A stretch of DNA of 64,000 nucleotides from NCBI GenBank assembly GCA_951406725.2, contig OX597816.1, positions 108,624,001 to 108,688,000 of the forward strand, given 5' to 3'. The stretch's first letter is position 1, and each line of letters starts with the position of its first letter. The translations under genes and the position numbers were made by a program. The notes beneath the pieces are model-generated. The model saw only the letters and a program-made list of their open reading frames with translations. It searched no databases and was not told the DNA's origin. The stretch is from Octopus vulgaris (taxonomy: Eukaryota). This document shows positions 52,001 through 64,000 of this stretch, one piece after another.

Positions 52001-52848
52001 ACTATAAGATAGGTGTGAGAGGCCTGGTTTAGTCAGTTTGAACATAAAACAGGTACAATATTTGGGGCAGATATGCCAGTTTAAATGCTAATTGATTAAA
52101 GGAGATTTGCTGCTATTTCTAGCAGTTTGAATAACCATCAGAGAATTCGTTAACTTGTGTATTCTAATGCAACCAATGCCAGAATAGAAAAAGCAGATGT
52201 AAACATGACAATGATAATAATAGTATATACAAACATATACCGGTTAGTAAACTGAAACTTGAAAGTTACTCACTATCAACCTTTGCCATATAAAAATTAA
52301 TATGCCAGCAACAAAAAAAGTGCTGAGGGATCCTGTTTTTTTCCTTTTTGGTTCTTAAAGTGGAGAGGCTACAGTTGAATGCCTTACCTAAATTACATAC
52401 CAATCAAATCAGAAACTATGTAGAAGATGAGAAATAATAGTTTACCAAGCTGTTACAAGCAGTAGTTATGAGCCTTGTCCAAGTATGCAACACAACAGCT
52501 TTTGTAGTATATTTTAGACTCTATATATACTACATAGTTAGCAGTTCTCCACCTTAAATTTACATATAATCACTACATATCAATACAACTCTCTCTCTCG
52601 CCACATGTCACTTGGCATGATTATACACACACATTATCAGGAAAAGCAAGAAAATATGAAAACATGCAGTTACACCTGGTCCCACCAACTAAACACACGT
52701 ACACAATTATTTGTAAAATGGGTATGTGTTCTTTTTATAACGTAAGTACAAATGAGTACATGCTAATCTTTGTATAAGTTAGGATTAGGATTTCCTGTCA
52801 TCAAAGGATTCACAAATGAAAAAGATGGGTATCATCGATAATGGATTG

Positions 52849-53214
52849 GGTACTTTTTGGTTATGTCACCCCCATTAAAAAATTACCATTAAAATATTGG
52901 GTTACCTCCCCACTAACAAATCAAGTAAATGTGGCAACAAGAGATTGGATTGAAAGACTTAGGTCCTTTTGATTCAATACTTCAACACATTCTTGACGTT
53001 TGTCCTCCTCAATAAACATGGTATGATTTGTTATTAAAATGTTGTTAGATTCAATAAGATGATTAATTTTTTCAGTTTTCATGTTTATTTTTTTTTTGTT
53101 TTATTGAGCGTCAAACAATTTTTTTTTAGATGGGGGAGATAACTAAAAGCACCAATATTTTTCATAAAACGATAACCCAATATTTTAATGGGGGTGAGAT
53201 AACCAAAAAGTACC
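52849..53214. mobile_element. Merlin-like MITE (366 bp)
   Basis: 32-bp TIRs (31/32 match) starting GGTAC, with a perfect 8-bp TSD atggattg (52841-52848, 53215-53222). Confidence 0.8.
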
Positions 53215-54080
53215 ATGGATTGAACACTATGCATACTCATCATTGAAACCAATAGATGATCCACTTTCTATGTCCACCTGCCAGTCTATCTGCATATTGC
53301 TGCAATTTGCATTGGACTTTTTAAAACCAACCAATAGACTTTTCACATCAAGGTCAATACTACACAGCATAATACCAGCTCATCACTTCACTCAAGAGAT
53401 GTGTTCCTACATGCAAACATACACATACACACTTTTTACTTTATTCTTTAACTGATTTCAGTTATCGAACCATAACTGTGCTGGGGCACACTACCTTGAC
53501 AGATTTATATTTGAAAATATCCATCCTAGTAATTATCTCAGTCTGGACTTATTTTATTAACCCATATTTTAACAAGTGGTTAGATTACAGTTTTAACACA
53601 TTAATATTTTTTCGATTTTTTTTGTCTTTTCTTCTTTTAGTTGGCAGCATTGTCAAACATATAAACACAAACACACAAACTTATCATCATCATACATCTG
53701 TTTTCCATCAGGCAGAGAAGACTGCACCAGGCTTCATTGTCTGTTTTAGCATGGTTTTTACAGCCAAATGCTCTTCCTAACTCCAACCACCTTACAGATT
53801 ATATATTGGATTTGGTAGACGGAAACTAAAAGAAGCCCATCGTATATATATATATATGTGTGTGTGTGTATGTACATATGTATTTATTTTTGTGTGTGTG
53901 TTTGTCCCCTTACCATCACTTGACAATCAATGTTGGTGAATTTACGTCCCTGTAACTTAGCGGTTTGGCAAAAGATACCGATAGAATAAGTACTGGGCTT
54001 ACAGAGAATAAGTCCTGGGGTAGATTTGTTTGACTAAAGGTGGTGCTCCAGCATGGCCACAGTCAAATGACAGAAACAAG

Positions 54081-54126
<46 letters not shown>

Positions 54127-55809
54127 ACACACACATACACATACACACAAAATGTCTTGACATTATATGAAGGTTCTAAATGAGCATCATCACCATCATT
54201 CAAAATGAAGTTCATTCCATGGAAACAAGTGAGGTTTGGCAACAGGGAGAACAGAAATCTGCCTTAACAAATTTCATCTGACTCAAGCAAGCATGGACAT
54301 GTAAATGTTAAATCATGAAATGACAGGCTTCTGCACAGTTTTTGTCTACCAAAATTCACTTGTGTAGAATAGAGTGAATCTGAGACTTCAACAGAAGACA
54401 CATACCAAGGTACTTCCACTGTGGGATCAAATCCCAGATGATGTGATTTCCAAGCAAGCTTCTCAATCATGCAGCCTTGTGCATCAATACAATACTGGTT
54501 AGGAATTTTGGCAGCACAAGGCCAGCAGTTTCAGAGGAGGGGGTAAGTCGATTACATCAATCCTATCAATCCTAGTGCTCAGCTGGTACTTACTTTATCA
54601 AACCCGCGAAAGGATGAAAGGCAAAGTCTTGCTGGAATTTGAACTCATTATGTAGTGATAGATAAAATGCCGCTCAACAGTTCACCCAGCAATTCTAACA
54701 ATTCTGCCAGCTTGCTGATTTCATGAAAATAATATTAAATGCAAAGCAATAATCAAAATTTTCCCTGCTTTACATAAATACATATCAGAATTAATAGACG
54801 AGAAAACTGAATGGAATTTGCGTTTTAACAAGTGTAATTATAGCTGTTTAGTGTCGATCAATGATACAGCTGTCACTAAAAACAGTTGTTAATGATGACT
54901 TGTATTATTAATAAGCAATGAAACTTTTAATCAGCACTTTACACACTATTCCTTGTAATTCTTCTAAATGGCACAAGTTTAGAGCAACCCATGAGCTTCT
55001 CTGCAGTCAGTCAACAGGCTAGAAATCACACTATACAGAGTTACAAAAATGGAAGCACAGGGTAGTCATCATCAACATCATTTAATATCTCTGTTCCATG
55101 CCAGCATGGATTGAATTGTTTGCCAGGAACCCATGTGTTGAAGGACTGCATCAAGCTTCAATGTCTGCTTTGGCATGGTTTTTATGGCTGGATGCCCTTC
55201 CTAACACCAATCAGTTTATGACTGGATGCTTTTTTTTTTTTTTGTGCGAAGTGCACTGCACGACTGAGTTCACGTGCAGTTCACAGGGTAGGTAGGGGGT
55301 CAGCTTTATGCTAAGGAACAATAGGATTACCATCAGAGATGGGTGGGGGGAAATCAGAGCAGTTTCCTGCAACACGTAGTTTATAAATGCTAAGCTGCTT
55401 TGAAAAGGTGTTTACAATAGAAAATTCATCAAGTTCACTTGATCAGAGCTGCCAGATGACAGTATGTGTCAACAAAAAAGGTCTTTATGTGGTCATTTAA
55501 CTTGCTAGATAATGTAGCTGAATCTCCCTTAAATCATAGTGTTTCACAAATACGGAAAGATACTGTATAATGCAGTCCTCAATAGTACATTGCCTGAATA
55601 AAAAGATGTTATATAAGCTGATACATCATTGATGATAAGTCTGCTAGATTAAAGACTGGCTTGGTGGCCTAAACACCAACAATTTTAGACTAAATAACAG
55701 AAACTAAAGTAGCGACAATGACAGAAATAATAGCAAGAATATTCTTTAAAATACATTTATGAACTAATTTCATTAGCAAACATTTCAGCTCTTTGGCACC
55801 AGAAATATG

Positions 55810-56220
55810 CATGTGTACACAGAAATCCACTCACAAAACATACAAACATACACACATACATGTACATGCTTGTAAACAAACACACCTGCAAATATATTTT
55901 CACACACACACACACACACACTGAATTTTAAATGCACATGCACACATGCATGCTAAGACATCTGCAATATACATACAAACTTCCAAACACATGCAGTTAC
56001 ACATGCTACTTAAACACACATGCACGCACATTTGAATGTGCAACTGCAAACACAGTTGCAACTGGTAGCTACAAGCACACATACACAAATTTCCCAATAC
56101 ACACACATCTATAAACACACATACTTCTACATGCTTGTAAACATGCACATGCTCACATACACACACTTGTAAACAAACACACTTGAAATCTTAAATAGTT
56201 GTACACACACACACACAATT
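55810..56220. repeat. CA-rich low-complexity / decayed microsatellite tract
   Basis: acacac/acatgc reiterations; similar tracts at 60323-60455 and 60680-60800. Confidence 0.8.
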
Positions 56221-59200
56221 GCTTTAACATCACTAGCAGTTAATACTATTGAAGCAGTTTTCAGTTACACCTGTTGCAGTTGAGATGGATTTTACTAATA
56301 CTAATTTTATGATTAGCTATTTACCTGAGGCAGAGAAGACAATAGACAAGGATGTTGTGTTGATATTATACCAGTCACTGAAAGCTTAAGGTACTGACAT
56401 GGCTTCCAATCATTTATGTATATTATATCTGAATTTCATCAGCTATGAATAATAACAATAATAATGGTTTCTGATTTAGGTACAAGGCTAGCAATTTTGA
56501 AGGAAGGCGGTAGCAAATTATACTGACCCCCAGTGCTTGGTTGGTACTTATTTCATTAACTTTGAAGGGATGAAAAGCAAAGTTGACCTTGGTGGAATTT
56601 GAAATCAGAACATAAAAGACAGAAGCATTATAGAAACCCATAAGCATTTTCTCCCATGTTCCAATGATTCTGCCAGTTTGGTACTTTTTAATAATAGTCT
56701 CAAATTTTAGCACATGGCCAACAATTTCGAGTGTAACTTGATACTACTGAGCTCTGTACTTAACTGGTACTTTATCAACTCAAAGGGTAAAAGGCTTGGT
56801 TAAGTTGAACCACATTGAGATTTGAACTGAGAATGTAGGAACTCTTAATTGTTATGACTCACTCTCTCAGCATAAATACAAGATTAGCCTATGGTTCTTG
56901 TATGATTAACGTAACGTAATAACTTACCCCCAACCCCACCGTCACCTCAAAATTGCTGGACTTGTGCCAAAATTTGAAACCAGTATTAAACCAGTCTGCA
57001 AGCTAGCAGACTAATTGGCACATGGAAGAAAATGCTGATCGCTGAAATCAAACAATGTTAAACCTAGTTAGTACTTAGATAGGTGATCACTTGGGAAACT
57101 TAGGTACTGTAAGCAACACTTTATGATGGTGAACTGGCAGAATCATTAGTGCATCAAACAAAATGCATAGTAGTATTTCTTCTCACTCTTTACATTCTGA
57201 GTTCAAATCCTACTAAGGCCAACTCTGCCTTTCATCCTTTCAGGATCAATAAAATACGGTACCAATGTAGTACTGCAGTCAATGTAATCAACTTTATCAC
57301 TCTCCACAAAATTGTTAGACGTGTACCAAAATTAGCAAGAATTACTACTACTACTACAACCACCACTGCCACTACTGCCATCGTCATCATCTTTACTCCT
57401 ATTGTTTCGTTTGTGATTCCTGTATTGTATTCTGTTGGACAGAGGCCAAACCATGGGCATAAAACTTCCTTGGAAAAGCCTACACTTGACAGAAAGTACT
57501 CACTATATTATGTGAGCTGTTCCAAGTAGAGCTTATTCTCAGCTGCTCAGATATTAATGTTGCTTGAGATATGGTTGGCAAGCTTTCCTTATCTCTCCCT
57601 CTGTGGGAGAGATAGTGCTGCAGCTCTAATGACCACTGGAATTATTTTATATACTATTTTGATTTCCAACTCCAAGCCATTATTGCTATTTCATTGCACA
57701 GTATGCATATACAACACTCTTTTTGTTGCTTTTCTTTCTTTTTCCTGTTAATTGCCACTCCTTAAAAAAAAAAAAGGGAAAAAGCCTTAGACAGAAAATA
57801 CCTTTTTAAAAATAAGAGTTGTTCCAAGGAAGGCAGATTTGGGAAACTCCCACATATCTGTTTTGATATTTGACTGTTCCACATGATATGACAGTTTTGT
57901 TTTTTGTGAAGGATCGAACCTAAATGCTCCAATGATAAATAATACAACTTTCACTTCTGTTGCTGGGTATCTCCATATCCTTGATATTAATTAGGAATGT
58001 GGGAATGCTCAGCAGTAAATATTATTATCATTTACTACTCAGAATCATCAGCATGCCAGACAAAATGCTTAGCACCATTTCAGCCATCCTTATGTTGTGT
58101 TTAAATTTTGCTAAGGTCAACTTTGCTTTGTATCCTTTTGGGGTTGATGAAATAAGTACCAGTTGATCACTGGAGTCAACATAATCAACTAGCCCCCTCC
58201 CCCAAAACATTAGATTGTGTGCCTGTAGTGGGAAGGATTATTATTATTACTATTCTACTATAAAGCAGTAAGCTACCAAAATCTTTAACATGCTGGACTA
58301 AAGCACTTAGTAGTACTTGTGGCTTCATGTTCTGAGTTCAAAAACCACTGAGGTCAACTTAACCTTTCATCCTTTCAGAATTGATAAATTAAGTACCAAT
58401 TGAGCACAGGGATTGATGTAATTTATTACCAACCTCTCCTGGAATTGCTGGCTTTGGGCTAAAATTTGAAACTATTATTACTATTCTACCATGAAATCTG
58501 TTGGACACTATACTGCTTGATATATGTAAATGTCTTCACAAAAACACACATATAAAAATTTCCTTCTCAAAGATTTTTTAGTGCAATTCTGTACACTTAA
58601 CTTCACTTGCCTAGTAATAGTTGGACATAGCTGTACTTAAGTGAAGAGATGATTAGTGTAAAATAACTATCTATGCAGCAGTTGTTACTTACATTTGAAT
58701 ATGTCATCCGTACTATTATTAGATTGCATGCCTCAGCCAAAATACTTATTTTTTCCCAACTAACATTATTTTCAAATACTTGTCCAAAAATACTATTACT
58801 GGCTGATTAATCAGCCTAATTACTGATTGCTCCTTAATTGACAAGTAGCTGGTACAGTGACTTTAGAAATGCAGAAAAACTGCTCATTTAAATAGGAACC
58901 AGTGTCTGCCAGAAGACCTTTGCTTACACTACAAAAGGTCATGCGATCTAACCAACTTAGAAACTTGTGCACTGAAAGATTAATCAGCTATGTTGTTATT
59001 GCTGCTGTTTAGCCCAAGGTTAGCTTTAATCAACAGGCCTATGATCAAAAGTATTCTATTTATGACCATCCTGTCATATAGTCACACAGTGGCATCATTA
59101 ACCAATGTATCCTTTCCCTTGTAAAAGAATAGTCAGAGGGAATTCAAGAATGATTTTTTGGTAGCTATTTTGGCAATAACAGGGAGCTGAAAGTATTTCA

Positions 59201-60325
59201 AACATGGCACCTTAAAAATATTTGAATATACTAATTAAAATGTAAGTCGGTTAATAGTAAATGAATGAGTTGGTTTCACAGATGACTATTCAGTTGTTCA
59301 ACCAACTGAATAGACTGTCCATCCGAGAATGCTACTTTCATTAGACTGATGTCTTGTCCAGGGAAAATTCATTGGACAACTTGCTCCATAAGATAAAAAT
59401 CAACACCTCAGCAACAGCATACCATTCAGGATATAGAAGTGACATTTATTTATTTATTTAGAACCAGTTGAACTCGAAAAATTCTCAGCTACTCTAAAGA
59501 TACAGATGACGGGACAATAAAAAAACAAGGAGGGGACATGAAAATTAAAATACTAATTAAAATTCTTTTGTTAGATAATTAGTGAAAGCAATTACTGACC
59601 ACAGTGAAGAGATGGGTACACAATTTTCAAAGTGAAAAATTTTTCTATGGCCTAAGTTAAAAGTTAGTCACTATTATAAGGAAGCTAAATTTATTTACTT
59701 AATAAATACAACACCATTTAATAATAGTTAAAATTAAATGACTCAACCAAAGAACATGTATTCTTAAGAGGTGTAAAAATAAGTCCATCATGACTAAACG
59801 TAAAAGACTAACTATAGAGACTTCACAAAACATTTCGACTTGTCTGTGTACTTAACTCACCGGCATGGCTTCATACAATGTTTTTTTCTGTAGGGATTAG
59901 TCAGAGGAGAAAGAACATGGCCAATGACCCTTTGCAGGACTTCCAAGATTGGTGAGAGGAAATTATCCTCAGACAAGAGACCTTATGTGAATACTTGTAA
60001 CAGAATACTTAGACTCTGCTAAAGGCATCTATCTATTCACCAGACAGTAGTTCACATTAATCTGAGGATCTTCTAGAAAGGATGACAGGCGAGAAGAAAT
60101 GTGAAAAAAAATGAACCTACAAAGGTGACTGATCACTGGGAAATATATTCATAGGCTATGTGACTGAGAAGTTTGCTTCATAACTACAAGGTTCTGGGAT
60201 AAATCCCACAACACAGTGGGCAAGTGTTTTCTACCATTGCTTTGAATCAATCAAAGCCTTGTAAATAAAACTTACAAGACAGGAAAAACTGAACTGTGTC
60301 AAAACTAATTGAGTATACAGACATG

Positions 60326-60359
<34 letters not shown>

Positions 60360-61388
60360 TATAGATACACACACATACACACAGATACAAGCACACATAT
60401 ATATACACACACATACACATATACACACATGTACATATATATATATATATATACACGCATGTGTGACAAAACTGGCCCTTTGAAATGTAGGAAGAAAGAG
60501 TGAGAGAAAGTGGTGGTGAAAGAGTACAGCAGGGTTCGCCACCAACCCCTGCTCGAGTCTTGTGGAGCTTTAGGTGTTTTTGCTCAATAAACACTCACAA
60601 CGCCCGGGCTGGGAATCAAAACCACAATCCTACAACCATGAGTCCACTGCCCTAACCACTGGACCATTGCACCTCCAAACACACACACATATATATATAC
60701 ACATATACTACACAGACACATATATACACACATATATACACACACATATACGCACACACATACAGACATATATACACATGTATAAACACATACACACGCC
60801 CATAAAATGCAGATGTGTACTCGCACACAGATATGCATCGACACAAGCACCTTAACCACATAGCCATGCTTACAATAAAAGTGAATGTAAAAGTTTTAAA
60901 AAAACAGAAGCATTACCCAGTTGCTCTTGATTTTTGCCTTCAATAGGCTGCTGCGTTCTTAAACAACTTAACTGGGTCATAATACACAGTTATCTTATTA
61001 TTCTGTCTTCAATACATATGTTGTTTGAATTTTCCTTTTCTTTATTTCTTTAAAATATTCAGTTAACTATGTGAATTAGACAGAGCGGGAAATTGCACTA
61101 ACCAGTTTGGTAACTCATTTTCAATTCAAATTCCAACTAGGCTCATTTTAAACTTCTGTCATCCCAAAAACCAAAGAAAGAGATATAACCTTTTTAGCAT
61201 TCAGATTACTGTCAAATGCAATACTTATTTGTTCACATTGTTTTGAATTACTGAATTAATCATGCATTACGTTGTATCTTTGAGACTTTGATGATGTGAT
61301 TGTTTATTTTTAAAATGAAATTGTAAGGTAGGTGTGAAAGGCTGGAGTTAGCCAGTTATAATACTTGCTGTACTCAATTTATTTAAAT

Positions 61389-61534
61389 CAGTCATGGGCG
61401 AACTACAGCCCACAGAGCTTTCTGGGTGGTACATCTAATTTCATGAGGAAAATAAGGTTTTCAGCTGTGCAGCCCACCTGATGACGGATTGTGTCTTACA
61501 TGACCTGCTTCTCAAGAAAGGTTGCCTATGCCCG
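61389..61534. mobile_element. Small hAT-type MITE
   Basis: cagtcatgggcgaact ... ggttgcctatgcccg, with degenerate 8-bp TSD atttaaat / atttcaac. Confidence 0.55.
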
Positions 61535-61607
61535 ATTTCAACCATATCCCTCCAAAAACTGACCTTGTACCATGTTAAAAAATTTGTTTTAAAAATCACT
61601 AAACATA

Positions 61608-62090
61608 GGCGTAGGAGTGGCTGTGTGGTAAGTAGCTTGTTTACCAACCACATGGTTCCGGGTTCAGTCCCGCTGCGTGGCACCTTGGGCAAGTGTCTTC
61701 AACTATAGCCTCAGGTCGACCAAAGCCTTGTGAGTGGATTTGGTAGATGGAAACTGAAAGAAGCCCGTCGTATATATATATATGAGTGTATATGTTTGTG
61801 TGCCAGAGTTTGTACTCCCAACATCGCTTGACAACTGATGCTGGTGTGTTTACGTCCCCGTAACTTAGCGGTTGGGCAAAAGAGACCGATAGAATAAGTA
61901 CTAGGCTTACAAAAATCTTGGGGTCAATTTGCGCCCCATAACTTAGCAGTTCAGTAAAAATGACCAATAGAATAAATACTAGGCTTTAGAAAAAAAAATA
62001 AGTACTAGGGTCAATTCTTTTCGACTAAAATTCTTCAAGGCGGTACCCCAGCATGGCTGCAGTCTAATGAGTGAAATAAGTAAAAGATAA
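61608..62090 (+). mobile_element. SINE family 1 with partially duplicated 3' part
   Basis: Full head. The ccccgtaacttagc...agtactagg...ggggtcaatt segment occurs twice. Confidence 0.85.
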
Positions 62091-62894
62091 ATAAGTATTA
62101 CAAGTAATCTGAATGCTAAGGGGTTAAAGTAATGTAATATTCTTTCTGAAGTAACCATATAAAAGAAAAATACTTTCTATTAACCTACATATTGATAGCT
62201 GAGACATATTCAACACTGTCTACTGAAGCAAACAATTAAAAGGTGTCAATAAATAGTTTAGCTTATGTAAAGTTAGACAACACAAAAATATATATATATT
62301 TGGTATTCAATCATTGTTTCTAAACAAACATCTGAAACAATAAAATGGAACTGAAGATATATAGATCTTTGTCCCAACAACAAGAGAATCGTCTGCTTTT
62401 ATACACGTCAGTAAGATGTGTGTCTATACTTTCTCAGTTGAAAGCAAGTGTACTTTGTTTCTTGGATTCTTAAGTTATTATTTAGCCTGAAGTCAACTCT
62501 GACCTAAGATATTCCAGCTAAGACTATTCCCGAAATGTTGGAATGGTCATGCTTTTGAGAGAATTTGATAGGTGGAAACTATGTGAAAGCCCATTTATGT
62601 ATTTGCATATATATGTATGTATGTATATGTATATATATATATATATATATCATCATCATCATATATATATATATAGAGAGAGAGAGGGGGGGGGGGGTTA
62701 TGAAAAAAACACAAGACGAAGACAGGTGGTGTACAAAACAAGCAGATGTATTAGTATAACGCTCAGGAATAGAAAAAGTATTTTACATTTCGAGCCTATG
62801 CTCTTCTACAGAAAGGGACACAGGAAAAACAAGGAGAGAAAAAAATTATATATATATAAGAAACACACTCTAAAACATTAGAATGGTAGTATAC

Positions 62895-63086
62895 TTAGAA
62901 GGTTGTTTGTTGTGGCTGGTCAGAGAGTGACCATTCATTTTGCATCCATAAAGTGCTTAGCTGGATAGGCAACTCATCATACACAAATACCCATTTGAGT
63001 CTTACGAGTTGCCTATACAGCTAAGTGCTTCATAAGTGTGAAAGCAATGGTGACTCTCTGATCAGCCACAACAAACAACCTTCTAA
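62895..63086. mobile_element. Hairpin MITE / foldback (~80-bp arms, ~28-nt spacer)
   Basis: ttagaaggttgtttgttgtggctggtcagagagtgaccatt...cttagctggataggcaactc is inverted as gagttgcctatacagctaag...aatggtgactctctgatcagccacaacaaacaaccttctaa. Confidence 0.75.
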
Positions 63087-63848
63087 ATGTGTGTGTGTGT
63101 GTGTGTAAATATGCACGTTTGTTTCTCCACCACTGCTTGAAATAAATGTTGGTTTGTTTATGTCTCCATATAGCAGAATAACTACCATATTTAAAAAACA
63201 TGGTACTACAGTCAATTTGTTCAATTAAACCCTTCAAGGTGGTGCCCCAGCATGGCCAGCAGTGCAATGACAGGAACAAGTAAAAAAAATAAAAGACAGC
63301 ATACCCATCAATGTCAATGGATATACTCTCCACGGGAGAGCCCCCCCCCCACCAAAAACCACTGACCCATGATTAAATAAAAAAAACACAAAACAAGGAT
63401 GATTGGTAAAGCTATAATTTACCAACTATTCTGTCATTAATGTTTAGTATTTCAAGATCAAATAATTTTCATGGCTGACTTAACCCTTTCCAATCAGCTA
63501 TGAGATGGGGAGAGAAAGGAAGGCTTCATTGGCAGGATCAGTAGCAGTGGCATGTTCAGAAGACAAAAAAAAAAAAGAGCAGAAGCTAAAAGCAATATTT
63601 TTTTTTTATGGGAAATTTGTGGATGGCCAACTCTCATCAGACAGATGGCTATCAAGCACCAATCAAACATCTAGTCCATATAAATTAAAGACTGCTAAAA
63701 GTATTTACAAGTCCATACTATATGATTACCAAACATCAAGTATGTGAAAACAAAATTTTTTTTTATTTATAGATATCTTTATTTATTTTTACTGCTTTCT
63801 GTTAATAAACTGCAACCATAGGTGTAGTTTTAAAAATCACTAAACATA

Positions 63849-64000
63849 GGCGTAGGAGTGGCTGTGTGGTAAGTAGCTTGCTTACCAACCACATGGTTCC
63901 GGGTTCAGTCTCACTGCGTGACACCTTGAGCAAGTGTCTTCTACTATAGCCTTGGGCCAACCAAAGCCTTGTGAATGGATTTGGTAGAAGAAAACTGAAA
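63849..64000 (+). mobile_element. SINE family 1, truncated by window end
   Basis: ggcgtaggagtggctgtgtggtaagtagcttgc... Confidence 0.9.

Noticed and set aside
59286-59313. Perfect 11-bp hairpin ctattcagttg-ttcaac-caactgaatag
   Set aside because: Too short for a pre-miRNA, with no other supporting signal; an isolated hairpin of this size can arise by chance or local inversion.

Overview
AT-rich, CpG-depleted, repeat-saturated eukaryotic DNA. It is most likely from an octopus (coleoid cephalopod); this is an inference from the SINE families and microsatellite load. No host protein-coding exon can be called with confidence, and nearly all ORFs in the supplied track are microsatellite or SINE artefacts. 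The only recognisable protein remnants are transposon-derived: a 5'-truncated, frameshifted CR1-type LINE reverse transcriptase (36571-37841), decayed RTE-type LINE pieces (22285-23215, 47640-47850) and an internally deleted mariner (4420-4861). The rest consists of at least four SINE families and many non-autonomous DNA elements: pogo/Tc1-mariner, hAT, piggyBac-like, Kolobok-like and Merlin-like MITEs, plus a head-to-tail Helitron dimer. Most notable: (1) a ~150-bp near-perfect palindrome carrying a complete minimal hammerhead ribozyme core on each strand (27600-27754), with an older, sequence-distinct element of the same architecture at 5858-6115; (2) an unexplained CpG-rich 145-nt segment with five perfect stems and a possible pseudoknot (9679-9823); (3) an exact CTAG|TC rolling-circle junction joining two different Helitrons (11958-12836). 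All alignments were done by eye, and SINE boundaries are approximate.
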